Positions 1 through 12,767 are shown, counted from the first letter of the stretch. The stretch: DNA of 32,240 nucleotides from Bugula neritina (GCA_964035545.1 CAXIUT010000250.1:23946-56185), one strand, 5' to 3'. Made by a program: numbers and translations. The notes: generated by a model from the sequence alone, not told the origin.

Positions 1-77
1 CCCAACCCCAACCCCAACCCCAACCCCAACCCCAACCCCAACCCCAACCCCAACCCCAACCCCAACCCCAACCCCAA
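1..77 (+). repeat. Left telomere, (CCCCAA)n
   Basis: Perfect CCCCAA tandem repeats from base 1; Tetrahymena-type C4A2 telomeric repeat. Confidence 0.99.
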
Positions 78-295
78 ATAAGTTAACTATCAGTTAAATA
101 GAAGAACCAATGTTTTTATCAATAGAAAATTATAAAAAATTAAATATCATGATGCATGGCTTGAAATAGAATAAGATACTCCTTCAACTTAAAAACCTTG
201 ATTAATTGTCTTTTTAAATTTACTTTTTATTCGATTAAGTTATAAATTATTTCATAGTTATAGATTAAGATGTAAATATTTAGTATAAAAAGGGA

Positions 296-2000
296 TCAAT
301 CATCAGCTTCCCAGTTGAGTACCTCTCCTTATTAATTCTATTGAGCATTTTATATTCTCCGATACTCAGGTTTTACAAATCGATCCCAATCAGTCCAATC
401 AGGATTCTCTACCTTGACATTTCTTTCTTCATAGGCATCTCTTTGTTCAAAGTTAATAAGTTTATTAAGATCAGTCAACATATTAATAAAAATACTACAC
501 TAGTATTTTCTTTTAAGAAAATCTTCAAGTGTGAAATGAATACTTCCATCTTTTTTGAAAAGATCTACCATTTGACAAAGTATATTCTCAAAATTAAAGT
601 CAAGATTGCTCTACATATAAGTTAATCTTTGACTTTGTTATTAATAGAAGTATTCCAATTAATATCCAGTAATGATTCCATTACTATCAAGATCCATTAT
701 TTTAAACCAATATTATAAACTTTGAATAGTTGTTTTGTCTTAAACACTCAAAATAAACCAAACGAAATCTCCGAAACCCATCTTCTATTCAAATTGAAAC
801 TTTTTAACTGCTTGAGAAAATATCCTTTCAAGAGTCTTTCGACTTAATGTATAACCTGAATATTTAGACAGCTATTCTCTTCCCAGTTGAAAGTCATGAT
901 CACTATCTAACTCCCAAAACTTTATATAAATCACATAAAAATCTTCATAACTGAAAAAGTCAGGATTTTTATTAATATCTGCCTAGGCCTAAATATCAAC
1001 TAAACTTTGAAGTATTTTAGAACCTTTAAACTCTCTTAATATCATAAAAAATACCTAAAAGTCATCTTGTAGTCATACTTTCTATTAGCCATATAGAACA
1101 TACGATGAATCACACAAAGAGAATACCAATCTTGAAACTATGGAGTCTACTTTAAAAAATCTAGTCCAGGATGAGATGCCAAAATTTCCTTTAATAATTG
1201 TTTAAAATCTTAGATTGTAGCATATTTCTTTGATGGAATCGAACACAAAAGCCAGAAAGCTCTTTGAAGCAAGTTTTATCTTTAAAGAATTTTCCATGTT
1301 TTGAGAAACTCTGTTTTATTCATTTTCTAAGCAGAAGAATTATTAGTAGATCTGATAATAAGCAATTGAGAGAAATAACTCGGCAATCCAAGTATATTAT
1401 CAAGTAGTTTTTTTGCTATTTCATTATCAATATCATTAGCTCTGATTCCAATAATTGAATTAATCGTTAGAATACTATCTTTTTCTGTCGCCTGATCGAT
1501 AGGTTTCCCTTTTGGGTAGTAAAATTGAGGAATTTAACTTGTTACTCCACGTATCTAAGTATTGATTGATTTAGTTAAAACTGTTGATTTTATCAAAGAA
1601 GGTCCTGTATAAGTTTAGTTCATATTCTTTTTGATATTATCTGAATCAAAAGATGGGTTACCTTTTTCTTCAATCGGACCTCGAGGTGGAGTTATCGTAT
1701 TGCTAAGAATAGCCGATGAGTTAAGATGTAAGTTATTCAATGGGACTTTATGATGTGAAAACAAAGGATTTGGTTCTCTTTTATTAATACAGTCGTACTA
1801 TGTTGCTTTGAGTTTGTTCGATTGTGCTTTTTAGATGAGTTGATCAACAGTTTAGTGATTGGAGCTTAACCATTTGATAAAAAGAGTCTTTATTTTGAGA
1901 GTAATACGTCTAATTTCTTTTTAGCGAGGTAGTATCTGAGAGAACTAACATAACCTGGAGCATTTTTTAGTTATTTATAGTTTTTTAAGAGATCGATCAT
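296..2000 (-). CDS. Protein phosphatase 2A regulatory subunit B'' (PR72/PPP2R3 family, EF-hand)
   Basis: With TAR=Glu and 20-nt introns at 1888-1907 and 1035-1054: [101 protein letters not shown]. Ends in TGA. Confidence 0.95.
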
Positions 2001-2293
2001 GTTTAGTTAATATCGTTCTTTTAAATATTTACTTAATTGATATTTATAACTTCAGAATAAACAAAATCAATCAAATCTAAACTTAATAAAATCAATTCAA
2101 AATTATTCTTTTCAATAAATATTTACTCAAAAACATTATGAATATATTGAAGATCTATTCTTTAAAAATAAAAGAATTTATACCTTGATTCGTCTTCTAC
2201 TCATCTTTTTAAGATTTTTTATCTATTTCTATATTATTTTATATTCATTGTATTGAATGAAGATGACACTCTTTATCAAAGATATTATCAAAA

Positions 2294-4608
2294 ATGATTT
2301 TCAATGATTTTTAGGAAATAGGTTTTAAACTTCAAAAGGATACTCCTGAAGGAAGAGCCAACTCAGAATCATCATATTTAAGTTATTTAACCTTAAAATC
2401 AAAAAATTATCATTTTGAGAACAGTCTTGAACTGAACGTTTATACTGAAGTCGATCTAAAAATTAGTATTTATATTTCATCAAAGAAAGGTATCCAATGT
2501 AGAAAGAAACTTCTACAAGAGTATTTCCGAGTAATGAGTTGCTTGGAAGAGGCTATGATGTATTTGATCAGTATGCCAATGTTCGATCAGCTACTAGCCA
2601 AAACCTTTTTGCTTTTGGTTTTCAAGAACCAACCTATTCATTTCAATTAGAGGCCTAAAACTTTATAGGATATCCAAAGGAGATTGCTGGCTACTCTAAA
2701 TTGAGTCAGACTGAGATCAGAATTTCTCATGGATCAACCGTAGATTAATGTTTATCAGATACAAATATAAATTTTGGAGTGGAAGGAAGATATGCATTTT
2801 TTTCAGCAAGTGCTTCTGTGGGATTTGATTCCCAAGAATCAAGAAAAACAACTAATGACTTTACAACTGTCAGAAATATTATTGATAAATATGCCTTGTT
2901 CATTCAAGACTATTCAACTCTGCCATTGAATCCTAACTTCTAAAAAGATTTGGGCATCCTTGAACCTCGAGCTATTTTTCAAAAATATAAAACTCATTTC
3001 CTTCAAAAATTTATAGTCGGAGGAAGACTTGACTATTCAGCCTCTACTAACACTATTCAAATTGAATCATCAACCAATATATCAGCTTCAGCATAAATGT
3101 CTTTCCAATTTTTAATTGGAGGAGTAGGTGCCAATGTATCTGTTTAGGATCAACAAGAAACTAAAAACTTTTAGGAAAATTCTACTATTAAATTAAATTC
3201 TGTTGGAGGAGATCCTTCCCTTGCTACCAATATTATGATTTCTGGATAAGGTCCATCGTACTATGCTAAATGGTCTTCAAGTGTCAATGCTGATTCTGTT
3301 TTAACAGACTTCTTTTCAGATAGTTTAGTTCCTATCTGGCTATTAGTTAAAAATGAAAGTCAAAGGAATGCTCTGAAAGAATACTTCCCCATTTATGCTT
3401 AAACTTATAACATTAATACTCAAATATAAAAACCAATCAAACTAAAATTTTCTTCAAACTTCTAAGTTGTAGGATCAAATTAAGGTTATCACATTAATCA
3501 TGTTAAATTTTATAAACCGATTGTTGGCAAGGATGAATTTTGGTTAAGTCATTATCCAATAAAATATAATACTTCAATATAAGTCTCTTGGCCTATCCTC
3601 CAGACACTTGACCCATCACTTTTACAAAAACCAACTGGATATCAAATAATTTGGTCTGAAGCTACTTCTAATTTGAAATTCACTATCTGGAGACCTGTAC
3701 CTCCCCCTAACTTTGTATCTCTTGGCATTATCACCAATTTTGGAACTACTCATACAGATATTCCCAATGTCGAAGGACTAGTTTGTTTGCATTAATCAGT
3801 TGTAGCTGAGGGAAATCATAGCACAGTGCATATTTGGAACCATTCTTCTACAAGTACTGGTAGTATGATTAGCCTATGGAACACTGTTCCTCGGGATATA
3901 AAAGGAATCGGAGTTCAATCTCCAGCAATTGCAATTGGATTTTATCCAGCCTTTGATTATTCTCATTTTGTCTTGAACAAATCTAAAGTATATTTAGATT
4001 CCGACTAAACTTTAACTCTAAGAACCACTTTGGATAATATTAAATGCGACTCAGGTATCAAAAGTCAATTTTCATAGGCCTCTATTCATAAACCTAAATT
4101 AGCTGATGGACAATTCTGGTTTGGGCATTCAGTGACACTTCAATAATGGGATACAATCAATTAGCCTTGTTTTTATGTCAATTAAAACTAAAATTAATTA
4201 AATTTATTCAAAAGTCCTATAGGCTATGAAAAAATCTGGAATTATACTAAAGGAAATATACTTTTTTCATCCTGGAGACCTATTGCTCCTGAAGGATACG
4301 TTTCTCTTGGTTATATTTATATGTTAGACATTGATAATGTTAACCCTCCAAGTGGAGATGCAGTTAAAGGGCTCGTTTGTGTCAAGGAGGAATTTTGTGT
4401 TGAAGCTAAAGCCCACTATAATTCTGAATGGGCTTCAGGAGGAAGTGATAAATGTACAACTCATAAGATAATTCCTAAAAATTCTTAAGGATGGGGTCTA
4501 AATCAGAATTATCCAAGAGTTGCTAAAGATTTCCACTAAAATCCAAATCCAAATCCGACACTTCACAAAGTTAATGTATTAAGACTGAACAAGATTCTAT
4601 TGAAATGA
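2294..4608 (+). CDS. MACPF (perforin-like) domain protein with two C-terminal Vps62/DUF946 (beta-tripod-like) repeats
   Basis: LLGRGYDVF; MACPF signature variant YKTHFLQKFIVGG; VGGDP...W...V...LVPIW. Then two repeats containing KPTGYQIIW...WRPVPPPNFVSLG and SPIGYEKIW...WRPIAPEGYVSLG. The start is uncertain: ATG 2294 with a 20-nt intron at 2466-2485, or ATG 2497 with no intron. Confidence 0.88.
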
Positions 4609-5061
4609 TTAAATCCATCAAATATTTGATAAACTATTTATCTAAATCAATTTAATAAAATATAGTATTCTATTTTGTTTAAAATTTATCAAAATATGAA
4701 TAAAATCAACTATAAATCAAAGTTTATTCTTTTATTATTCTATCTTGTTATTTTTATTCAAGTATTGATTTAATATTAACAAGCATTTTAATATTCCTAT
4801 TCATCTTTAAAAAGTAATTTTTAAGTTCTTTTTTTAATATTAAATAGCTTCTTTTATTTTATTGATTCGACATCATATTCTTCTTCAAAATATTATATTT
4901 ATAGATAATCTAAGTTCAAATAGAGTCTTATTATAAAAAATATTCTTAAAAATTATGATATTTCTCAAATATACAAAATAATTAAGTGTATCTATTTTTT
5001 ATTCATTATTAAACCTTATTATTGACTTTAAGATTATTTTGATGAATAATTTTGATAATAA

Positions 5062-5853
5062 TCATAGTTCTTTATAAAGTAGATAATTTTTAATCTTTTT
5101 CAATATTTGTTTTGACTTCTCAGAATCATTCTTTATATTCTAAATCTCATTTTGATATTCTCTAATCTTACCAACTAAAGCTTCCTTTTGATTCTGTAAC
5201 TTACTAGTTTATTTGCTCAATTATTCATTTCTAACATCTAATTGCTAAATCTTCTCTCGAAAGTTACTATTTATTTTTTTTAACTCACTCTTATAAACCT
5301 GATTTGTATCCTCTAACTCATTTTGATTAATAGATAAATGCTCTAAATGTAATCTTAATCTTTTTATCTGACTATTCTCATTTTTTAACTGTTTATTGAG
5401 CTATTTATATTCTTCTTATTTGTATTTATACTTATTATAAACTTACATCAACTGTTTCTTACATTCAACTCTAGCTTTCTTAAGTTACTTCTCATCTTAG
5501 AACTTTTACAAATCAAATTCATTCAAATGAAATTTATTTTATATTTTACCCTCAATAACTTATCGAACCAGCAAAGGATAAGGAGTAATAACTCTTGAAA
5601 GAAGCTTCCAACCAATAGGTCCAAATATAGTTTTTCTAATTCCACTACAAATTGATGATAAATTTACTATCTCACTATAAGTAAGATAAGGACAGACCCT
5701 TATTATAAGTATAACTTTAGGTAATTTGATAAGAAATGAATGAGTATTACTCTTTTTAGCATGGATAGGATTGATCAGTTTATTATGTGTCTATGACAGC
5801 TAACTAACTAAAGACTAAAGACTTTTCTGTAGCTATTAAAGATTGCAAAGCAT
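5062..5853 (-). CDS. F-box domain protein with C-terminal coiled coil
   Basis: 264-codon ORF (TAR=Glu). LIKLPKVILIIRVCPYLTYSEIVNLSSICSGIRKTIFGPIGW resembles an F-box; a K/E-rich heptad region follows. Confidence 0.7.
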
Positions 5854-5893
5854 AATATGATTATTAAATAAATGATAAAAAAGATTATTGATA

Positions 5894-6991
5894 TCATTTT
5901 CTTGTAGGTCCAATAATACTAATAGTAGTATTTTATTGATATTGATCAAGTAGAGGTAAAATAACAGGATCTTTTTAGTTTTATTAATCTGAATCAAAAT
6001 TCATTGAAACACATAAATCTTCTTTATTATTTGCTTTTTTAGTAAATTAACTAAATTTAAGTAAAGTTTGTTCTTGAGTTATTTATTCCTCAAAAGTAAA
6101 TGAATTCTAAAAATGTTTTTCAAGCTCTTTTTAAGGTATTCTAGATATTTTCTATTTATCAAGTGATTTCTATAATATCTAAGAAGGAGATAAATTTATA
6201 TTCTACCTTTGTTTCTTTATCGAAAAAGGAATAAGTAAATTATTACATGATTCTGATGCTAAATATTCATGATAAGGTTTCTTTTCTTGATGATTTACCT
6301 TTCTTTTTAACTTTATACTTGTATTGAAATTTATCACGTGATTTTACCTCTTATTTTAAACTTAGTTGATTCTTATCATTATTTAACAAGATTATTTTAT
6401 AAAATACTCTGAAATATCTCTTAGTTTATACGACTTATCTTTTATTTATTCATACAAACTATCTAAATTTATTCCTCTAAATTTTTATTTATGATCAAGT
6501 AATATTCTGATAATATTTTTTCCAAATTATTATTAATTAACTAGATCTCTTTGATACTCATTTTTGGCATAATTTTCATTCATCCAGACAAAAGATTCAT
6601 AGTTAGAATCAAAAGCTATCATTTTTGCTGATATCTTAAAAGGTCCAAACTTTTAATACAAAATACTAAATCCCCAAATGATCTTTGATATTATTTTAAG
6701 ATTATTTACTGCACTTACTTCTTTTATTTACTAAAGATGGATTAACATTTTGGTTGGTTTAAGAACAAATATAACTTCTTGTTAGTTAAAAGGCTATATT
6801 CTGATCCATCTATTGGTGATAAGATGAGATTTATGTTAGATTCTCCAGTTGTAGAGTTAAAGCTGTTCAAGAAGACAATGAGTAGGAATGTGTAGATGTT
6901 AAAAAGTTAATAAATTTTACTTTTTATTGATAAAACGAAAGGATGCGCCTAGTTTTATACTTTCTACATGCTTATTCTATGGATTTTACAT
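5894..6991 (-). CDS. Hypothetical protein, possibly with a degenerate kinase-like N-terminal part
   Basis: 366-codon ATG-to-TGA ORF under TAR=Glu (IIWGFSILYEKFGPFKISAKMIAFD..FVWMNENY). No catalytic motif recognised; start codon uncertain. Confidence 0.6.
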
Positions 6992-7236
6992 GCTATATGA
7001 ACTTTTATCTAAAAGGTTTATTATTATTTGATTATTTTATTTTGAAAACCTAGTTTGAGAATTAAAAGCTTTTTATTTTATAATCTAAGTCTAAAAACAT
7101 AAACTAGATGATATTTATCATTATTATCATCTGTAAATTTACTATATTAAGATAGTTTGGTTTAAGTAAATAGATTGAAATGAATTCAAAATTAAATTAA
7201 ATAGTAATTATTCTGATTGAAGTAAATATTTTACAA

Positions 7237-7809
7237 TCAAGACCTAACTCCTTCAAATATACTTTGTTATATTTCAGAACAAATAGATTGAGCTTCTTCA
7301 AAATCAATATTCTAATGCAAAGGAAGACTGAAGTCTAGCCCATCAAAAATGTCGAACTAACACTTCATTATTTACTCTTTTGTTATTTTGTATTTAGTCC
7401 AAAATATCAATTCTTCCAGTTGAGGTCTTCTGGTATTGAAAAACTTGGAACTTATATTAAATACAGTCACTGCCACCTTTAAAGCTATCTATTAATAACC
7501 TTCAAACACAAGACTGTCCAACATCTATAACATTAGACAATATGAATAAATGTCATAGCTGCAAATTTAGGTCAAATTTTGAATAGTTATCAGTGCCAAG
7601 TATTTTGATGATTTCTAAGTGTGATAAACTGAACTAATTAGTAAACCTTAATATGTTTTAGCGGTTTAAATCTTTTCTTCAAGGCAATTGCTTGTTTAAA
7701 GAGTAGTTTTGTGTTAATTTGAGTGAATAAAATAGTTTTCCTGATGAAATAGATTCTATACTTGAGGTTTGAAGTGTTATTACTCCATTTATGTCTTTGG
7801 ACAATTCAT
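7237..7809 (-). CDS. Divergent cyclin-like protein (N-terminal cyclin box only)
   Basis: 191-codon ORF. VAVTVFNISSKF...LEELIFWTKYKITKEEIMKCEFDIFDGLDFSLP matches cyclin-box helices 3-5, and the conserved Glu is encoded by TAG. Confidence 0.65.
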
Positions 7810-8134
7810 AAGTTATTTGATAGTAGTCAAATTATGATTTATATATGAATTAGTTCTACTAGTAAAATATAAAAGATTTTATTTATAAAATACAATATTA
7901 TAATTATCAATTCTAAACTAAATATCGTCTCTAGCATTCATTTATCAACTTTTTTCAATAATTAATCTTACTTAATATTGTTGAAACTTAGTTCTATTTT
8001 AATAAATCAGTTAAAAGAATGATATTTAATGTCATCTTTGATAAAATAATAAATATTTATTAATTTTAATAGAAGGAGTCTTAAAAAGAGCAAGAGCTTA
8101 AATTATATAATTATATTAGATATTATAAATAAAA

Positions 8135-9544
8135 ATGGAAGCTCAAGATATGAACCTGGTAACACCAAAATAGCCACAACCAGAATAAAAAAAAGCTATC
8201 CTCAAAATAGGAGACAAGTAAATAGAACTCCCAATCCTGAAAGGCACCCAAGGCCCTGATCTCATCGACATTCGAACTCTCCTCAGTAAAGCCAATATGT
8301 TCGCATATGATCCAGGATTCATGTGCACTGCCAGCTGTATCTCCAATATCTGCTATATCAATGGATAAAAAGGATAGCTACTCTATCGAGGTTACCCAAT
8401 TGAACAACTTGCTGAGCATTCAACCTATATGGAAACTTGCTATCTCATGCTCTATGGAACTATGCCTTCTCTTAGCGAGCTTACCAAGTTCTAAGAAATC
8501 GTAGTTGGGTAGATGATGATCAATTAAAAAATGATAGAATTTTACAAAGGATTCAAAAGTACTTCACATCCCATGGCTATTATGGTAGGAGTCGTTGGAG
8601 CTCTGTCGGCTTTTCTACACTCAGATAATCTTTTTAATCCGAGAGATAGATATGAAGTGGCTATCAAGTTGATAGCAAAAATGCCCACACTTGCCGCCTA
8701 TGCCTATCGAGCAGCCAAAGGATTACCTTTTGTCTATCCTAAAAAAAGCTATGGATATATGAAAAACTTTCTCTATATGATGTTTTCTAATCCCATGGAC
8801 GATAATTTCTAAATGGAAGAAGATATCATCAGAGCACTTTAAGTAATTTGGATATGTCATGCATAGCATGAACAAAATGCTTCTACATCTACAGTCAGAA
8901 TAGCTGGAAGTTCTCATGCCAATCCTTATGCTTGTATCGCTGCTGGTATAGGATCTCTTTGGGGACCTTATCATGGAGGAGCTAATGAAGCTGTCCTAAA
9001 TATGCTTGAATAGATTCTTTCTAAAGGGACTACGATTGAATAAATTTTGGCAAAAGCGAAAGATAAATCTTCTAACTTCCGTTTGATGGGTTTTGGACAC
9101 AGAATATATAAAAACTTTGATCCTCGAGCAACAATTATGCAAAAGATGTGCTATGCAGTACTTAAGTTAGTTGATGATAACGAGACAATGCCTTTGTTAT
9201 AACTGGCTATTAATTTAGAGAAGCAAGCCTTAAAAGATGAATACTTTATAAAGAGAAAACTTTATCCAAATGTAGATTTTTACACAGGCATAGTTTACAA
9301 AGCAATTGGTATTCCTAAAGACATGTTTACAGTATTATTTGCAGTATCAAGAAGTGTAGGTTGGATGGCCCATTGGTGTTAGATGATGAACTAGAATCCA
9401 AATAGAATAAGTCGGCCAAGACAACTGTATGTGGGTCCAATAAACAAGTAATACTAGTAGATGAAGAAGAGAAAGAGTAACGATGATTCTCGAGTGAAGG
9501 AAATGCCTAAATTATGTAAATTAACTCAATTAATGAAATTATGA
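8135..9544 (+). CDS. gltA: Citrate synthase, bacterial GltA (type II)-like, probably peroxisomal
   Basis: 470-codon intronless ORF: [87 protein letters not shown]-terminus -MKL. Confidence 0.96.
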
Positions 9545-9575
9545 TCCTCAATCAATTACATTCGATAATGTTAAT

Positions 9576-10178
9576 ATGAATAAAATAAAAGCTAAAATCA
9601 ATGATGACCAATTTTCACCATGGTAAGAATCATTCAATGACATGTCCAAAACTATGTAACTATCTCGTCATATCAATAAACCAATAAAATTAAAAAAAAC
9701 TTTATAACCTCTCGCTCATAGTCCTCGTCTGCATTAGTCCAACAAAAAAAATATGACCAGAACCTTCATCAACATCAGTAAAATCAATCTACACAACAAC
9801 AATCCTCATCAATCATAATAACTAAATCATCAAGAATCTAGAAGATATTCTGGTCCTAGGATCACTTTCTACTCTAAAATGAATCCCAAAATAAATGGAC
9901 GTTCTAAATCATTTTTAGATCCTGAAGAATAATACTCGAATAATCATAATTTTATAAAAAAGAATATAGCCAGCTAGCTAGCACCAAGAAGCGAATCAAT
10001 AAAATATTTATAAATAATTGACTAGAAAGATCAAATAAAAAAGAAATAATTAAGCTCTCCCAGATATAAATCAATAAACTTACATAAAATAAACCACCCT
10101 AAAGCAAAAAAAGGATAATAAAATCAATGTCTATACCTTCGTAGACTAAAACAATTGTATAATCACTATAAAATATGA
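9576..10178 (+). CDS. Hypothetical basic low-complexity protein
   Basis: 201-codon ATG-to-TGA ORF under TAR=Glu that fills the gap between neighbours; no motif recognised. Confidence 0.6.
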
Positions 10179-10228
10179 TCATTTCATCTATTTTTCTATT
10201 TCTATACATTATATAAAATCATTATTAG

Positions 10229-11032
10229 TCACCAAGGCTCAATATAATTATCATCATGGTGTTGATGCAAAGCACTATTCTTGCTAACTCTTCTACTCTG
10301 ACTAGTATAACTTATATGATTCGGCCTCTTTATCATCTCTCGACGTCTCTATCTATTTATCAACATCTTTGAAGACAATGGCTAGTCATCTTTCTACATA
10401 AACTAAATATTTGTTATTGGAAGTTAAGGATTTCTCAAAAATGGTTGCTGTATATTACTTTTAAATGAACTATTCAACCAAAATGATTTTATCACCTCTT
10501 TCTTCTCACTCTAGATCTATGAATTGAACTACTTCAACAAATCTTGATATCGTCCCTAAGTTATAAATATATTTACTACTTTTTATGATGGCTAGTAATG
10601 TGAAAAATGTAAAAAGTCTGTATTTCTACTTAAACTAAGTCGTTCCTGTGCTTTCATAAATGAATTTATATCATTTCTTTTACCTATCTTAGATCTATAT
10701 GTTTTAGCTGCCTGAGTTCTTGATTATCTACGACTCAATTCACTTTGAGGTTGAGACCTAGAAGATCTAGAATGGGATCTAATTGCATTTTAATTTCTAG
10801 ATGTCTCAATTATATTTTATTTAGTTTGATTTTTTATTTAATTTTTAACCAACTTAGCCGTATGATCCAGAAGGTACTTTCTTTGATTGGTATAAGAGTT
10901 ATGTTTTTGATGACATTTTATTTCTGGAATGCTTAAATTTTTCAAAGTATTTTCTATTCTAGTGGGATAAGGAGATTGAGGGGAACAAGAACGATTGAGT
11001 TAGTGTTTTAACCTTTGTTTTTGCAAAAACAT
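10229..11032 (-). CDS. Hypothetical Ser/Arg-rich protein
   Basis: 268-codon ORF (RSHSRSSRSQPQSELSRRESR). Possible in-frame 21-nt intron at about 10556-10576. Confidence 0.6.
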
Positions 11033-11132
11033 TCGACCAATAAAACAAAGAAACTAATATAAAATTATCTAATATGTTCAATATGGATAAATATCACAAA
11101 ATAACATTCAATAAATTTAACTAGACAATAAA

Positions 11133-12719
11133 TCATTTCTTTTCTTTATCTAAATATTCTATCACCTTCAACACTATTGCCTCTTAGTATGATATCTTAT
11201 CTTTTAATGCATAAATAGCACGTACTGCATCTTCGTAACTGGTCTGAGGCCTTAATATTAAAACATATCTAGCTGCTCTATCGATTAATTTGTAATTAGT
11301 TGGCTTAACAAAAGTCATTATATTGGAATAGTAGCGATTCATCAATCCCATAGCTACTGTTGATAGGTTATTCAGGATAACTTTCAATATAGAATGATGA
11401 GATAATCTACATTTTGATGGATAAACTGGAAAATCTACTCTAAGCATCTCTTTGTTTGCTTTTGATGCAGTTATCACAAGGGGATGTTCGATAGTTATTT
11501 TATTAGCTCTTTATTCATGCAATCCAAATCCAAGTATACTTTAAGAAGAAACTTTATTTTTATACTTAGTCCAATAAACACTATCCAATCCTCGAATTTA
11601 TCGATGTCCAAGCATCTCCTTCCAATCTTTATCAACTCTTTCTTCCCACTTCATGTTAGCGTTTATAGGTGATTTATGGATGATATTAAGATTACACCAG
11701 CTTTCAGGTTAATTTGGTTCATATTTATTTTTAAAAGGATTTAAACTAAAAGTTGGAGACCTTTCTGTTGTATCTGTTATTATCGTAATCGCATAATACT
11801 CATCAGTACAATAAGAAAGTATTTATCCATTTTTGTAAAGCCCTGTCTAAAATTAAATCAATTTAGTAATAGGATTAAAATCTGTTGTAGCTATGTACTT
11901 TCCCATAGCATTCACGTTGTCTTAAGCATAATGCTTCCAGCTAACTTATTATTTTCTTATAGATCTAAGACGATCGCATCCAAGAAGAGCTATTCCAATA
12001 GCATGCATAAGAATGGTAGTTGATTGCATTCTAGTTGATCCTGCTAGTGCCATATATCCTACATTACAATTTATTTTGCATATTTTATCACTTTGAATAA
12101 ACTATCTTGATCTCTCCACATTTTTTATCAATATTTCATCTGTATTACCATAGAGTATATAAGGCTTTCGTTTAGTTAGTTATGTTGATTTCCAAATGGC
12201 ACCAATCACCCAAGAAGTCTAACCTCCTTCAGTACTACCAATCAAGATATCATTCTATTTGAATCCAAGTTAGACTAGCTGTTGAGAAGCAAATTAAGGA
12301 TGATCCTAGAAATCTTAAATTGATTTGATGAGGGCTGCATCTCCTCCAGCCATGAATGATATAACTCTATTTTCCCATTCTTTATATAGCTAGATTGTTT
12401 ATTGTCTCCAAAGTGTTTCTAAGACCATTGATAGTCTTCCAGTAGCTCCACAGCCACAGATGAATATTCTACCTCCTGTTTATAAAGCATCATTAAGTTC
12501 TTTGTAGAGATGCTATAATTAAGGTATTTTAGCTTTGAGGATATCAACTAGTTAAATATCAAGAGTTTTGATGATGGACACTGCTTTAGGAAGATCATTT
12601 TTAGCAAAATCTGAAAGACCAATAGTTTTAGGGTTTTGCTGTTCAGTTAGTAAACATCCTAGTTTAAATTTATGTGCTATTTGAAGAAAATCGTCAGCAG
12701 TTTAAGTTTAACTTGCCAT
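11133..12719 (-). CDS. MurQ (N-acetylmuramic acid 6-phosphate etherase)/glucokinase-regulatory-protein-like tandem SIS-domain protein
   Basis: 529-codon intronless ORF: LLTEQQNP, GGRIFICGCGATGRLS, FMAGGDAALIKSIEDFED, GSTEGGETSWVIGA, LAGSTRMQS, TDTTERSPTFS, LKVILNNLSTVAMGLMNRYYSNIMTFVKPTNYKLIDRA. Confidence 0.88.
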
Positions 12720-12767
12720 ATCTTGACTATATTTAATCCAAATAATAAAAATAACATAATTTTATTA

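Noticed and set aside
78-295. Conserved chromosome-breakage motif next to the telomeres
   Set aside because: No Tetrahymena Cbs-like 15-mer seen. The only word shared by both ends (AAGTTA) lies at different distances and is expected by chance in AT-rich DNA.
4609-5061. Possible small gene in the 450-bp AT-rich gap
   Set aside because: The minus-strand frames I checked are broken by TGA, and I found no convincing start or 20-nt intron; treated as intergenic.
8135-12719. Bacterial contamination or chimera suggested by the gltA-like and murQ-like genes
   Set aside because: Both use TAR-Glu codons and TGA-T stops, and lie among intron-containing eukaryotic genes on a telomere-capped molecule.
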